A stretch of 64,000 nt of DNA. It comes from Cyanophyceae cyanobacterium (lineage in GTDB: Bacteria; Cyanobacteriota; Cyanobacteriia; Cyanobacteriales; Laspinemataceae). The stretch spans positions 192,001 to 256,000 of the forward strand of contig JBBQFN010000002.1 of NCBI GenBank assembly GCA_038321985.1, given 5' to 3'. Position numbers and translations under genes: made by a program. Under the pieces are notes generated by a model. The model saw only the letters and a program-made list of their open reading frames with translations. It had not been told where the DNA came from and made no database searches. Numbering within the stretch: the stretch's first letter is position 1; every line of letters starts with the position of its first letter. Of the stretch, positions 31,752 to 43,664 are shown one piece after another.

Positions 31752-32321
31752 CTACGCTTGGGTTTTCCATTCTGAATCCGAACGTTCAGCTAGTCCAGGT
31801 TGAGCCACCCCCTCGGCGATCGCTCCCTTGCCTAGGGTCCTCCCTTCGGGCCGATCGGGATGGGACTGGCTAGAACGGTATCCGAAAAAATTAATTTGAT
31901 ATTCTACAATTCGGACTCCTGTTTGCTCCTCGACTTGTCGGATTAACTCTTGCGGCAATTCGATCTGAACGTCAAGCAGTTGATTGGTATCGATGCAGTT
32001 GACGTGACTGTGAGCATCGCTGATATTTCCGTACAACCGACCGTCGGAACGTTCGATGCATTCGATAATTCCTTGAGAAGAGAGGGCTTCTAGGTTCTGG
32101 TAAACGGAGGTATGTCCGATCGCTTTACCCCCTCGATTCAGGCGATCGTAAATTTCTCTAGCGCAAAGATGCTCTTGCTCGCTCCACAGCAACTCCAGGA
32201 TGAAGCGGCGCTGTCGCGATAGTCGCATTCCCAAACTCTGACAACGATTAAGGGCATCTTCTAAGGAACGAATGGGTTTAACGGATACTACCTGGTTTTT
32301 CATAGTTTTGTGTGGAGGCAT
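31752..32321 (-). CDS. furC: Fur-family regulator, FurC/PerR-type
   Basis: SLEDALNRCQ..GMRLSRQRRFILELLW, IGHTSVYQNLEAL, HSHVNC. Start may be the ATG at 32303. Confidence 0.85.
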   Translation of the reverse strand: MPPHKTMKNQVVSVKPIRSLEDALNRCQSLGMRLSRQRRFILELLWSEQEHLCAREIYDRLNRGGKAIGHTSVYQNLEALSSQGIIECIERSDGRLYGNISDAHSHVNCIDTNQLLDVQIELPQELIRQVEEQTGVRIVEYQINFFGYRSSQSHPDRPEGRTLGKGAIAEGVAQPGLAERSDSEWKTQA

Positions 32322-32710
32322 TCATTTAATGGCACAATTAATTAAGGATGTATCCTTTCCGCTTTAAGGGTTATAGCGGTTTTCACCGAACCCGGAAGTC
32401 CGTGCTTGGGGTGAGGCAAATCGGCTAGCATTTTGCTTTCTTGGAGGGGGCGCGGTACTCATACTGTTGACGGGTTTGAGATAATTCTATCGTAGGCTTA
32501 CTTTAGTCAGTGGGCGATCGCCTGGAGTTTCATCGCTCTGTACTGAATTTGTGGGCTGTTTTCCTCTGCTTATTCTGCACAAAATAGCCCTCTTGTCTCC
32601 ATCGCCTCCTTTGACTCCCACAACCCGGCCCGGATTCTGTACAATAGGTTACCGATAAACCGATCTATCAAAGTTTTCTGATTTTAGTTTTACCTCCTGC
32701 CCGAGTTTTC

Positions 32711-33196
32711 ATGACAATTACAATCGCTCTCAATTCAGACGCTTTGCTTAATTTAGACCTGTCTCCCGCCCGGTCTGCGATCAACAAATTACCGCCTACT
32801 CAACGCTTCACTGACCCGAATCTGTCCTTGCAATTTGAAATTGATTATCCCCGCGATCCGTCTGACCCCCGCGAACTTTCGGAAATTCCTGAAGTCCGTC
32901 TATGGTTTATCCGTTTAGATGCGATTTATCCCTGGTTGCCTTTGTTACTTGATCGCCAATCGGGCGAACTCGCTCGTTATGTGGCAATGTTGGTCCCTCA
33001 TGAGTTTAATCGCACGGAGGGAATTCAATACAACCCAGAAGCGTTGGAAATTTTTTTGATGAACAAAATTTTTACCCTCGCTTCACTGTTGCAGGAACAG
33101 GGCATACCCAGCAAGTCTAAGCTAGTTGCTCTGTCTCAGATGCTCGGTTATGAACTCGATGATGGCTTTTTTGAGCTGATCGGGATTCAATCTTAA
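32711..33196 (+). CDS. crr6: CRR6-family NDH-1 (NdhI) maturation factor
   Basis: DPRELSEIPEVRLWFIRLDAIYPWLP, YVAMLVPHEF, FLMNK. Confidence 0.88.
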   Translation: MTITIALNSDALLNLDLSPARSAINKLPPTQRFTDPNLSLQFEIDYPRDPSDPRELSEIPEVRLWFIRLDAIYPWLPLLLDRQSGELARYVAMLVPHEFNRTEGIQYNPEALEIFLMNKIFTLASLLQEQGIPSKSKLVALSQMLGYELDDGFFELIGIQS

Positions 33197-34048
33197 CCGT
33201 TTTATCCCGACCGGCCTACACCCGGTTATCCAATGCTCTCTTCAGGGAGTGCCCCTCACCAAAGTCAGTCCCAACCCATCCTAAAACCCGAAAATAGTCT
33301 CTTTTCCCGGAATCTGTTTTTCTTCGGACCACCCCAGGTTCCGACTCCGGGGAAACGGTACTGAAAAACTCCCTGAACGACATCCCTTCGGTAAGTTACC
33401 GCGATCGCCCTTCTTAAATATCATAAAAACTGACCCCAGTTTCATTCCCAAAATCATCCCCCTGGCTAGCTTAATCAAACCCTGCGCTGACCCTGGGAGA
33501 GGTTCACCCGAGGCAATAAATTCTCAACCAAATCGCCTAACTTTTTCTCTGCTCCATCCCCGAATAAATTATAAGGAGAATGAGAGAAAAATCAAGGCGG
33601 CTAGAAGCATTGCTCCCGCGCACTCCCCGCTTCTGAGTAGAAAAATAACCGACACAAACTCAATTCAATTTTTCCATTTTTTCCATCTAGAGGCATAGAG
33701 CAAATTCGTTAACTTTATGACTAAATGTAGGGGAGAAAGAAGACTTTTAGTGATATGCTCGGCGGGAAGTTGAAGACCGCGAACGAGTGGGGTAACTCTC
33801 TAGAGATAAGGCCCTTTTAGGGGCGTCAGAGACCATTCTCGGAACTATCCTAAAGGCAATTTACTTTAGGGAGCAAGTGCGAGGTGACAAGCATCTGGAC
33901 CTTTTTCTGCCCCCAAGCCGGAAGGAATTTCCGGGGCCAACTCGCTCCCAAGTCAAGGCGATCGCCTAGCTGGATCTATCCCATCCCTGAGAGATCGTTC
34001 TCTAACTATAAACAAAGAGTGGATAATTGAGGGCCTTTTAATATAGTT

Positions 34049-34630
34049 ATGCCTCTTTTTCAATCCAAACTAACCAGGTTGTGTATGTTAAATAGTGAAC
34101 GGGTTATCTATCGCCAAACTATCATGAATAACCGGAATCCTATGAAAGAAGCCATTACTATGACCGTCCTGCTACTGGCTTCCGTATCTATAGCAATTCC
34201 AGTGGTAGCCGAACCTAATGCTACCGACCTTCAACAGTTAAGAAAGACAAATATCTGTCCCCGCTGTAATCTTAATGGCGCTGACTTGAGTAATATAGAC
34301 TTAACAGGTGCCAACTTAACCAATGCCAACTTGATTGGTGCCAACCTTAGTGGCACAAACTTAAGCACAGCAGATTTAAAAGGTGCAGACTTGACGGGTG
34401 CTAATTTTCAGATGGCTAATCTATCCGAGGCTAATTTGAATGCGGCCAATTTAAGTACCGCCAATCTTCTGGGAAGTGTGCTTTTAGATGCCAACCTCAA
34501 CGCTGCCGATTTGAGTAAGGCAAATTTTTATGGTGCGGACTTAAGGCGGGCAAATTTCCACGATGCCAATCTCCATGATATAAATTTATTTGGGGCGAAT
34601 GTAGAAGGCGCTAGAGGTCTAAGGCCCTAA
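34049..34630 (+). CDS. Exported pentapeptide-repeat protein
   Basis: Signal-like hydrophobic stretch, L..T..CPRCNL, tandem A(N/D)Lxx repeats. True start is probably a later ATG. Confidence 0.9.
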   Translation: MPLFQSKLTRLCMLNSERVIYRQTIMNNRNPMKEAITMTVLLLASVSIAIPVVAEPNATDLQQLRKTNICPRCNLNGADLSNIDLTGANLTNANLIGANLSGTNLSTADLKGADLTGANFQMANLSEANLNAANLSTANLLGSVLLDANLNAADLSKANFYGADLRRANFHDANLHDINLFGANVEGARGLRP

Positions 34631-35370
34631 GCTGGTAGAATTTCACAGTCCATTTTTGCGATGGAGGAGTCTCGAAAATGGGTAGAGTGGTTCGCCAACT
34701 CTCTTTGATAGGTTAGAGCTTTTCAGTATATAAGGGATGGTCCAAAAGAGGGAAGGATCAGGACGGCGATCGAGAGATAGCCTGATGAAAACTATGATTT
34801 ACAGGGAGAGTAAGATAAGATTTTATCCCAAGGGCGCACTGTTTGCGATCGCGTTTTAGAACCGACAGGGCGATCTCGAATATATCTTTATCTCTTTATT
34901 ATACTTGAAATTTTATATAAAATACTAAATATATCTAATTGTATTCCCGTGCGTCGTAGAACTCCGAGGGTATCTTTCACTCAGACTAAGCATAATCACA
35001 AAAGAAGTCACAAGAGTAGAGCCAGCATTTGTCAAACCTTACCATCCCGAGTTAGGGGAATTACCTCACATTTCACCCTCGAATTTGTCGTTTTCCAGGA
35101 ACTTCCCGGAAACTACCGATACATATCCTTTAGGCGCAGCACCCTATCAAATAGAACCGTTTCACGGTCAACAACCGGCAAATTTGAGCTTACGGCTATA
35201 GGAACAAAGCCCCCTCCCCAGAAAATTTAAAAAAACCTACAGCCCATGCAGGATAGACGACACAAACGGTAGCTCCTCATTTACGGCGTTAACCTAAAAT
35301 AGGTCTTTGACAACTGGATTGGGGATCAGTCAGTTGTTGGGTTCTTGATTATTAAATTTTCATCGCCACA

Positions 35371-35423
35371 GAAAAGCGGAAGCCACTCTCTACCTTTTGT
35401 GGTTAGTATAGAGTGACTTCCGC
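35371..35423 (-). terminator. Terminator-like stem-loop after acnB
   Basis: gcggaagccactct...agagtgacttccgc inverted repeat, followed by TTTTC on the - strand. Confidence 0.65.
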
Positions 35424-35488
35424 CTCAGCAAATAGTCTGGACTCTTCAGTACCTACTACATCTCTAAATTAGTGTTAGCTTCGGTTAT

Positions 35489-38098
35489 TTATTTACCCGC
35501 GCCGACGGGCATTCCCAAAATATCCTCTATTCGGGGCAATTCTTCTAAGGGTATCACTCGACCTTCATCCTCAAACCCTTGGATTTGGTCGAAGTTCAAA
35601 TACCGATACAAATCATCGGCAAACGGATTAATTTTCTGAGCGACTATTTCCTGGTATTCTTCAACGGTGGGAATCCGTCCTAGCAGCGCACAAACTGCGG
35701 CTAATTCGGCTGAACCGAGATAAACTCGGGCATCTTTGCCCATGCGATTATTAAAGTTGCGCGTGGAGGTAGAAAACACCGTTGCTCCATCCTCGACTCG
35801 GGCTTGATTACCCATGCACAGACTGCAACCTGGCATTTCGGTTCGGGCATTTGCCGCCTCGAAAATCTCGTAAATTCCCTCGGCTTTTAACTGTTCTTCA
35901 TCCATGCGGGTAGGGGGACAAATCCACAGTCGCACTTTCACTAATCCTGCCCCTTCTAATACCTTGGCAGCGGCACGGTAGTGTCCGATATTGGTCATGC
36001 AAGACCCAATGAAAACTTCATCAATTTTATCGCCCGCACATTCAGACATTAATTTAATGTTGTCCGGGTCATTGGGTGCGGCAACGATGGGTTCTTTAAT
36101 CTCGTTCAAGTTAATTTCTAGGGTTTCCACATATTCTGCATCGGTATCGGCAGACAGGAGTTGTGGATTCTCTAACCATTGCTCCATTTTAGCAACCCGA
36201 CGCAGAATAGTGCGGGCATCTTGATAACCTCGGGCGGCCATGTTTTTTAACAGGGTGACGTTCGATCGCAGGTATTCAGCGACAGTTTCCTCGCTCAGTT
36301 TAATGGTAGACCCGGCACAAGAGCGTTCGGCAGTGGCGTCGGTGAGTTCAAAGGCTTGTTCTACTTTCAAATCCGGCAAGCCTTCCATTTCCATAATCCG
36401 CCCCGAAAAGACATTCTTTTTGTTTTGCTTCTCAACGGTGAGCAATCCTTTTTGCATGGCGACGTAAGGAATGGCATTAACGATATCACGCAAGGTGACA
36501 CCGGGTTGCAACTCCCCTTTGAAGCGCACTAATACCGATTCCGGCATATCTAAAGGCATGACCCCCAATGCAGAGGCAAAGGCAACTAAGCCAGAACCGG
36601 CAGGGAAGGAGATGCCGAGGGGAAAGCGGGTGTGAGAGTCGCCGCCGGTCCCGACGGTATCAGGTAATAGCATCCGGTTTAACCAGGAGTGGATGATGCC
36701 GTCTCCCGGACGTAAGGCGACGCCGCCCCGGGTGGAAAAGAAGTCGGGGAGTTCTTTGTGAGTGGTAATATCGACAGGTTTGGGATAGGCGGCGGTATGA
36801 CAAAAACTCTGCATGACTAAATCGGCAGAGAAGCCGAGACAGGCGAGTTCTTTGAGTTCGTCCCGGGTCATGGGTCCGGTGGTATCCTGGGAACCTACGG
36901 TGGTCATCAGGGGTTCACAGGCGGTGCCAGGACGCACCCCGGAAACACCGCAGGCTTGTCCGACCATTTTTTGGGCGAGGGTAAAGCCTTTGCCGGTGTC
37001 GGTGGGGATTTCGGGACGGGTGAAGATGGGGCTAATTTCAAGTCCGATCGCGTTGCGGGTTTTATCGGTGAGCGATCGCCCGACGATCAGGGGAATGCGT
37101 CCCCCTGCACGCACTTCATCCAGGATGGTATTCGGTTTAAGGGTGAAGGTGGAAATCACCTGTGCGGCTTCATTGGTGATTTGTCCTTTGTAAGGATGAA
37201 TCGTAATCACCATGCCAGTTTCAAGGGAAGTGACATCACATTCGATGGGCAGAGCACCGGAGTCTTCGGCGGTGTTGAAGAAGATGGGGGCGATCGCGGT
37301 GCCTAAGATATAGCCGCCTGCGCGTTTATTGGGGACACAGGGAATATCGTTGCCGATGTGCCAAAGGACGGAGTTAATAGCAGATTTACGGGAGGAACCT
37401 GTCCCCACTACATCTCCGACATAGGCGATGGGATGTCCTTTGCCCTTGAGTTCGGCGAGGGTTTCGAGCGACCCCGGCAGACGGGATTCTAACATAGCCT
37501 GGGCGTGCAGGGGAATGTCCGGGCGGGTGGTGGCCTCAGAAGCCGGGGACAAGTCGTCGGTGTTGGTTTCCCCTGGAACTTTAAAGACGCAGACGGTGAT
37601 GGTTTCTGGGACTGGAGGGCGGTTTGTAAACCATTCGGCATTTGCCCAGGAATTGATCGCCTGCCTTGCATAAGGGTTGGTTTCCGATAATTCCAGGACG
37701 TCATGCATGGCATCGAACACCAGCAGCGTGTTCTTGAGGGCATCGGCAGCCGCTTGGGCGATATCGTTGTTGTCGGATTGGAGAAGCTCGATTAAGGACT
37801 GGACGTTATAACCGCCCAACATGGTGCCGAGAAGTTCGATCGCCATCAGGGGAGAAATCAGAGGGCAAGTGACTTCTGCTTTGGCAATGGCAGTGAGGAA
37901 GGAGGCTTTGACGTAAGCAGCAGGGTCTACCCCAGGCGGGACGCGATCGCGCAGCAGTTGCAGCAGGGTTTCTTCCTCCCCGGTTGGGGGACTCTGGAGG
38001 AGTTCACAGAGTGCTGAAGTTTGCGGGGCATCTAGGGGCAGGGGCGGAATGCCTTGAGCGGCCCGTTCTGCTGCGTGTTGGCGGTAGGATTCTAGCAT
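35489..38098 (-). CDS. acnB: Aconitate hydratase 2
   Basis: [55 protein letters not shown]. Confidence 0.98.
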   Translation of the reverse strand: MLESYRQHAAERAAQGIPPLPLDAPQTSALCELLQSPPTGEEETLLQLLRDRVPPGVDPAAYVKASFLTAIAKAEVTCPLISPLMAIELLGTMLGGYNVQSLIELLQSDNNDIAQAAADALKNTLLVFDAMHDVLELSETNPYARQAINSWANAEWFTNRPPVPETITVCVFKVPGETNTDDLSPASEATTRPDIPLHAQAMLESRLPGSLETLAELKGKGHPIAYVGDVVGTGSSRKSAINSVLWHIGNDIPCVPNKRAGGYILGTAIAPIFFNTAEDSGALPIECDVTSLETGMVITIHPYKGQITNEAAQVISTFTLKPNTILDEVRAGGRIPLIVGRSLTDKTRNAIGLEISPIFTRPEIPTDTGKGFTLAQKMVGQACGVSGVRPGTACEPLMTTVGSQDTTGPMTRDELKELACLGFSADLVMQSFCHTAAYPKPVDITTHKELPDFFSTRGGVALRPGDGIIHSWLNRMLLPDTVGTGGDSHTRFPLGISFPAGSGLVAFASALGVMPLDMPESVLVRFKGELQPGVTLRDIVNAIPYVAMQKGLLTVEKQNKKNVFSGRIMEMEGLPDLKVEQAFELTDATAERSCAGSTIKLSEETVAEYLRSNVTLLKNMAARGYQDARTILRRVAKMEQWLENPQLLSADTDAEYVETLEINLNEIKEPIVAAPNDPDNIKLMSECAGDKIDEVFIGSCMTNIGHYRAAAKVLEGAGLVKVRLWICPPTRMDEEQLKAEGIYEIFEAANARTEMPGCSLCMGNQARVEDGATVFSTSTRNFNNRMGKDARVYLGSAELAAVCALLGRIPTVEEYQEIVAQKINPFADDLYRYLNFDQIQGFEDEGRVIPLEELPRIEDILGMPVGAGK

Positions 38099-38825
38099 TG
38101 CAGGGGTCTCCTTAACGGTATCGATAAATTTTAGGGTAGTAATGGGTGGGATTCAGTAGGCACTTTGACAGGATGAGTTTCCTCAGTGGGATAATTAGGA
38201 TCAGTTTTTAGGGTTTTAGAGGGAGAGTGGGCGAGTTGCTCCCGGTTCGTCACGCTTTCCACTTCTCACTCGGGTTTTGGGTGGGTATCCTAGGCGATCG
38301 CATCCTTTCTTGCTGCTTCCTGCTGTAAAGATTTATGTACAATCATAAACTTTGTTGGATAACTCTTACAATGATTTGGATAACTTCAACATCTAGCCTA
38401 ACCTCCCGCCTTCAACCGAAGGGTTAGGAGGGTTAGCGCGGTTAGGCTCTGGAAATTTACTTTTTTTAGGACCCGATCTGTTGCGTCACGCTCCTCGTTC
38501 AGAGGTACTTAGCGCTATTTTTTCGACTCTAGGAAGTGGTGCAGGAGTTGTACCGTTGCAGCAGGATTAATCAGGGTCAGAGGCTGGCAGGGTAGCAGGT
38601 GTTCTCTCGAACAAAGCAGGTAACGATTGTATTTCCCCCCCATGAATGAGCTTACCGTTAAGTATTCGCCAAAGTTTCATCCGTAGAGCTGATGAGCTTG
38701 CCGGAATTTGAGTTAGAATTGTTTTACAAAATGGCTCCACAATATTAAGATTACTTAAAAAATGTTTAGAGAATTTTTAAGATGAGGTTGGCACGGAGTT
38801 TCCCAACCAGAGGGAAGGAGCGCGG

Positions 38826-41800
38826 ATGGGCTTAGTGGAACAGAACGAAGAGCTAAAATGGAAAGTTAATGAAGAACAGGAAAAGCAGCACTTAGAAGGC
38901 AACCGGATGCAGGAAGAAGGAACGCCGAGTTATAGCCAACCCGAGGGGTCTATTTCGGAAGATTTACCCCTAGCCTTAGAGGTTTGCGGGATAAACTGTC
39001 TGTTTGAAGCGATCACCGAACGCATCTCCTTGCCGATTGCCCTAACCCGCGCTAGTGATGGCAAAATCCTCTATGTTAATGATTGCTTTCGGGAACTTTT
39101 TGGCTTTAGAGGGACTGAGCCTATTAATAGAAACGCTGATTGTTTTTATTATAACTCAACGGAGAGAAAAAAACTGCTTGATGCGTTGCCGGATCAAGAG
39201 CCTATTAAAAACCATGAATTAATCGCTAAAAAAGCCGATGGCAATCCTTTATGGGTGACTGTATCTGTAGAGAGATTGACCGTAGGCAGCGATGTCGTAT
39301 TCTTTAAAACGTTTAAAGATATTACTGAATTCAAGCAAGTTGAGAACATCCTGGAAACCCTCGATACCGGACAAGCCCCGGTGACGGGAGAGCAGTTTTT
39401 TCCCGCGTTAGCCTCTTATCTTGGCTCCTTGTTGGGGATGCGCTATGTTTTTATTGGAGAGGTAGTCAGCCCCCGAGCTTCCTCTGTGAAAGTGCGAGCA
39501 TTCTGGGAGGGGGGCGACCTGACGGGACCCGGAGTATGGAACGGGCAGTGGTGCGAAGTGGAATATCCGATCGCCGGGACCCCGTGGGAAAAGGTTCTGC
39601 AATGTGGAACCGACTGGATTGCCGATGATTTTAAGTCCCACCTGTCTCTAAATAATCCCCTGAGTAAGCTAGACGCTTGCAGCTATTTGGGAGTCCGACT
39701 GTTGGACATGAATGGCAAGGCGATCGGGTTGATTTGCGGATTCGATAATCACCCCCTTATCGACGTTCACCGAGCACAATTAGTGTTGAGTCTCTTTGCA
39801 GGACAGGCGGCAGCAGAACTCGATCGCCAGCGAACTCAAAGAGCATTGCAACAGAGTGAAGCGAGATTGATTGGAGCTTTTAAAGCGGCCAAAATGGGAG
39901 TTTGGGAGTGGGATTTACGCGCTGGGAATGTCACCTGGTCGGATGAAGTTCATACTATTTTAGGGGTAGAAAAGGGAAGCTATATCCCCACAATTGGGAG
40001 TTATATTAAGACCATTCAACCGGAAGACCGGCCTAGAGTCCACAGAACCATTATCCAGGCGATCGCTGTTAAAACAAACTACGAAAGCGAATACAGAATC
40101 CGCCATGATCAAACTAACTCTATCCGGTGGATTGTCAGTAAAGGAGAAGTGTTATGCGACAGTACCGGCCAAGTCGTGCGCTTAATCGAAACTCTGACCG
40201 ACGTAACAGAACGCAAGCAAACTCAGGCGGCTTTAATTGAATCGGAAGCCAATTTAAGGGCAATTTTTAATTCATCAGCACAATCAATTGTGCTGATTGA
40301 TAGCAATTATAAAATTCGAGATATTAACAAAACAGCCCGAGAAACCGTAAAATATTTATGGAATAAAACTATAGCACCGGGAGACTTTGCCTATGAGTAT
40401 GTATCGCTCAATGCTTTAGAAATCTTCAATCAAAACTTTCATCAATGCCTTCAAGGCACTCCGATCCAACTCCAGCAAAAAATTCTGGGAAATACGGGAA
40501 TTGAATACTGGTTTGAAATTAACGGTCAGCCAGTTTTTGATGAAAGAAATAAAATTATTGGTCTTTGTCTGAGCGCGTTTAATATTACCGGCCAAAAAGA
40601 AGCTGTAGAGGCTCTCGCTAAAAGTGAAATACGCTTTCGGTCTTTAGTTCAAAATTCATCGGATATTATTACCATTTTAGAAGAAGATGGAACAATTCGC
40701 TATCAAAGCCCATCGGTAGAAAAAATCTTAGGCTATCACTGCGAAGATTTAGTGGGACAAAATGCTTTTAACTATGTTCACACCGAAGATAAAGAGTGGG
40801 TTTACAATCTCTTTATCCGAGCCTTGAAAGAGCCAGAAAGAGTTGTTGAAAGCGAGTTTCGTTTTCTTCATGCCAGTGGCAGATGGGTTTACTTAGAATC
40901 CGTGGGTAGCAACCTGCTTCAGGAACCGGGAGTTGAGGGATTTGTGATTAATTCCCGGGATGTAACGGAGCGGAAACAACAAGAAGAACGCCTGCGACTC
41001 TTTGAAAGAGCGATCGCCGCTAGTAGCAATGGCATCGTGATTTCTGAGTATAAAAGAGATAATGCCCTGGTTTATGTCAATCCCAGTTTTGAAAAAATGA
41101 CGGGGTATTCGTCGGCAGAGGCGATCGGACGCAACTGCCGATTTCTGCAAGGACATGATCACGAACAACCCGTATTACAAGAATTGCGAGATGCTATTCG
41201 CGCCGGACAAGACTGCAAAGTCACCTTAAGAAATTATCGCAAAGACGGTACTTTATTCTGGAACGAACTCAGTTTATCTCCTGTAGAAAACGAACGGGAG
41301 GCCATTACTCACTATATCGGCGTTCAAACCGATATCAGCGATCGCAAGCGTGCCGAAGAAGAATTAATTCATCAAGCCTATTATGACCCCTTAACTGGAC
41401 TACCTAACCGCGCTTTTTTAATGGAACGGCTGCGGGAATCCACCGCCCGAATTGCTCAACAATGCGATCGCCAATTAGCCGTGCTATTTATCGATATTGA
41501 CCGCTTTAAGCGCGTCAATGATAGCTTAGGTCATGCCGTGGGGGATATGCTATTAATTGCGATCGCCTTCCGCTTAGAACGGTGCCTACGCCCTCAAGAT
41601 AGTATTGCCCGTTTAGGCGGCGATCATTATGTCATTCTCTTAGAAGATGTCCAAGGCATTGAACAAGCCCGGGAAGTGGCTGAAAAAATTCACCAACAGC
41701 TTAGAGCACCCTTTACTTTTGAAGGACACGCCGTCTTTATTACAGTCACCATTGGCATCGCCCTCAACTCCATCGAGTATGAAATCAGCGCTGATTTACT

Positions 41801-42695
41801 CCGGAATGCGGATATTGCTATGTATCGTGCCAAAGCCGGGGGGCGCTCTCAAACTGCCGTTTTTGATAAGGCAATGCATGATCATGCCGTTCAACTATTA
41901 CAGTTAGAAAATGATTTACGGCGAGAACTCCATGAAACCGAAAGTCTCAATCAAACCTCACTCAGACTTGCCTATCAACCGATCGTTTCTTTATTTGACG
42001 GTGAAATTGTCGGATTTGAAGCCTTGCTGCGCTGGCATCACCCCCAGCGAGGCTTTATTCCCCCCAGCGAATTTATTCCCCTGGCTGAAGAAACGGGTTC
42101 AATCGTACCCCTAGGCATTTTAGTTTTACGCGAATCTTGCCGACAACTCGTGGAATGGCAAACCCTGTTTCCCTCTATCCTTCAAGAGGGAAGGCTGAAA
42201 ATTAGTGTCAATTTATCCGGCAAACAATTTCTCCAACCTGATTTAGTACAACACGTCGATCGCATCGTCCAAGAAACCCATCTCAATCCAGCTTTCTTGA
42301 AGCTAGAAATTACCGAAAGTAGTCTAGTAGAAGATACTCAAGCGGCTACACAAACCCTTTGGGAACTGAAAGAAAGAAAGATTCATTTATCCTTAGATGA
42401 CTTCGGCACGGGATATTCTTCTCTCTCCCATTTGGCTCAGTTCCCAATTGATACCTTAAAAATTGATAAATCATTTGTTCAACGAATCGGTACCGAAGGT
42501 AAAAATTTAGAAATCATTCAAGCCATTATTACTTTAGCCCATGGTTTAGGGATGGACGTAACCGCAGAAGGGGTGGAAACTGCTGAACAACTTGCTGAAC
42601 TCAAATCCCTGGGTTCTGAAGACGGTCAAGGTTATTTTTTCTCTAAGCCGTTATCGGCGGAGGATGCCACACTTTTGCTCACCCGGTCTCTCTAA
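38826..42695 (+). CDS. PAS/GAF/LOV-GGDEF(degenerate)-EAL protein, probable c-di-GMP phosphodiesterase
   Basis: LOV motif GRNCRFLQG; DPLTGLPNR; GGDHY in place of GGDEF; intact EAL, DDFGTGYSS and EGVET. Confidence 0.93.
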   Translation: MGLVEQNEELKWKVNEEQEKQHLEGNRMQEEGTPSYSQPEGSISEDLPLALEVCGINCLFEAITERISLPIALTRASDGKILYVNDCFRELFGFRGTEPINRNADCFYYNSTERKKLLDALPDQEPIKNHELIAKKADGNPLWVTVSVERLTVGSDVVFFKTFKDITEFKQVENILETLDTGQAPVTGEQFFPALASYLGSLLGMRYVFIGEVVSPRASSVKVRAFWEGGDLTGPGVWNGQWCEVEYPIAGTPWEKVLQCGTDWIADDFKSHLSLNNPLSKLDACSYLGVRLLDMNGKAIGLICGFDNHPLIDVHRAQLVLSLFAGQAAAELDRQRTQRALQQSEARLIGAFKAAKMGVWEWDLRAGNVTWSDEVHTILGVEKGSYIPTIGSYIKTIQPEDRPRVHRTIIQAIAVKTNYESEYRIRHDQTNSIRWIVSKGEVLCDSTGQVVRLIETLTDVTERKQTQAALIESEANLRAIFNSSAQSIVLIDSNYKIRDINKTARETVKYLWNKTIAPGDFAYEYVSLNALEIFNQNFHQCLQGTPIQLQQKILGNTGIEYWFEINGQPVFDERNKIIGLCLSAFNITGQKEAVEALAKSEIRFRSLVQNSSDIITILEEDGTIRYQSPSVEKILGYHCEDLVGQNAFNYVHTEDKEWVYNLFIRALKEPERVVESEFRFLHASGRWVYLESVGSNLLQEPGVEGFVINSRDVTERKQQEERLRLFERAIAASSNGIVISEYKRDNALVYVNPSFEKMTGYSSAEAIGRNCRFLQGHDHEQPVLQELRDAIRAGQDCKVTLRNYRKDGTLFWNELSLSPVENEREAITHYIGVQTDISDRKRAEEELIHQAYYDPLTGLPNRAFLMERLRESTARIAQQCDRQLAVLFIDIDRFKRVNDSLGHAVGDMLLIAIAFRLERCLRPQDSIARLGGDHYVILLEDVQGIEQAREVAEKIHQQLRAPFTFEGHAVFITVTIGIALNSIEYEISADLLRNADIAMYRAKAGGRSQTAVFDKAMHDHAVQLLQLENDLRRELHETESLNQTSLRLAYQPIVSLFDGEIVGFEALLRWHHPQRGFIPPSEFIPLAEETGSIVPLGILVLRESCRQLVEWQTLFPSILQEGRLKISVNLSGKQFLQPDLVQHVDRIVQETHLNPAFLKLEITESSLVEDTQAATQTLWELKERKIHLSLDDFGTGYSSLSHLAQFPIDTLKIDKSFVQRIGTEGKNLEIIQAIITLAHGLGMDVTAEGVETAEQLAELKSLGSEDGQGYFFSKPLSAEDATLLLTRSL

Positions 42696-42785
42696 ATTTA
42701 GAGGTAAAAATCTATCCGTTTGAGGGTAAAAAATAACAGGCGGAAGTTTAAAAACCCACCTGTCATTTTAATCCTAATCCCCTGG

Positions 42786-43664
42786 TTAACCCTGGGTTTC
42801 CATCCAAGCCAAACACTGTTGTAGTTGCTGCTGCATTTGTTCTGCATTTTCCGCGTGATACCGGCGACCGTGACCCGGAAGAACCCAGTTAAATGAGTAG
42901 TCCTGTAACTTGTACATGGATTTAACTAATTCCGGCCATGAATACCAACAGGCATCTCGAAATGCAATCAACTGATTAAGCTGCTTGGACCAGGCCAGAC
43001 AATCTCCTGTAAATAAAAAGTGGTTTTGATAGAGTAAAACCGTATGACCTTTAGTATGACCGGGAACGGGAATAATTAACATATCTGATTCCAGTTCAAC
43101 GGGTTCATAGCCTGTAAGCTGAATTTCTACATCCCGGGTCCGAGGATTGATTTCATCTTGATGTAGAATGCGATCGCAGCCAAAATGGGCAGCAAATTTC
43201 TGATGATCGGCTACATCATCCCGATGGGTCAAATAAAGATAACGTATTCCTCCCATTGATTCCAATCTCTGGACTAAAGGAGCCGAAAATCGGGGGGAAT
43301 CCACCAAAATATTGCCCTCGGGGCGCTGAATTAAATAACTGGCTGCTCCAAAAGAACTTTCAGCATGGTAGCCACAATGATAAATGTTACTCTCGATTAA
43401 AAGGGGAAAACTTTCTTGTGCTTTCTTGATATCTTTGGGCTTGTCCACCGTACCAATTGAAGCGGTGGGGCAGGCTAAAAGGGCCTGTAAAGCTCCCAAG
43501 CGTTCGGTTTCGGTTTGCGGTTGCTGATAAACTGCCGATTGCTCGTTTTCACGGTGAAAGATATCGGGAGCCATCCAGCGGCAAGTATCACAATCAATGC
43601 AGGTGGTATCAACGTAAAAATTCCCGTTAATATTTTCAGGTCGTCGCATTTTTAGATGAGCCAT
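42786..43664 (-). CDS. Ferredoxin-fused MBL-fold metallo-hydrolase
   Basis: CIDCDTC...CP Fe-S motif; THRDDVADH, PGHTKGH, FTGD, LPGHG. Confidence 0.88.
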   Translation of the reverse strand: MAHLKMRRPENINGNFYVDTTCIDCDTCRWMAPDIFHRENEQSAVYQQPQTETERLGALQALLACPTASIGTVDKPKDIKKAQESFPLLIESNIYHCGYHAESSFGAASYLIQRPEGNILVDSPRFSAPLVQRLESMGGIRYLYLTHRDDVADHQKFAAHFGCDRILHQDEINPRTRDVEIQLTGYEPVELESDMLIIPVPGHTKGHTVLLYQNHFLFTGDCLAWSKQLNQLIAFRDACWYSWPELVKSMYKLQDYSFNWVLPGHGRRYHAENAEQMQQQLQQCLAWMETQG

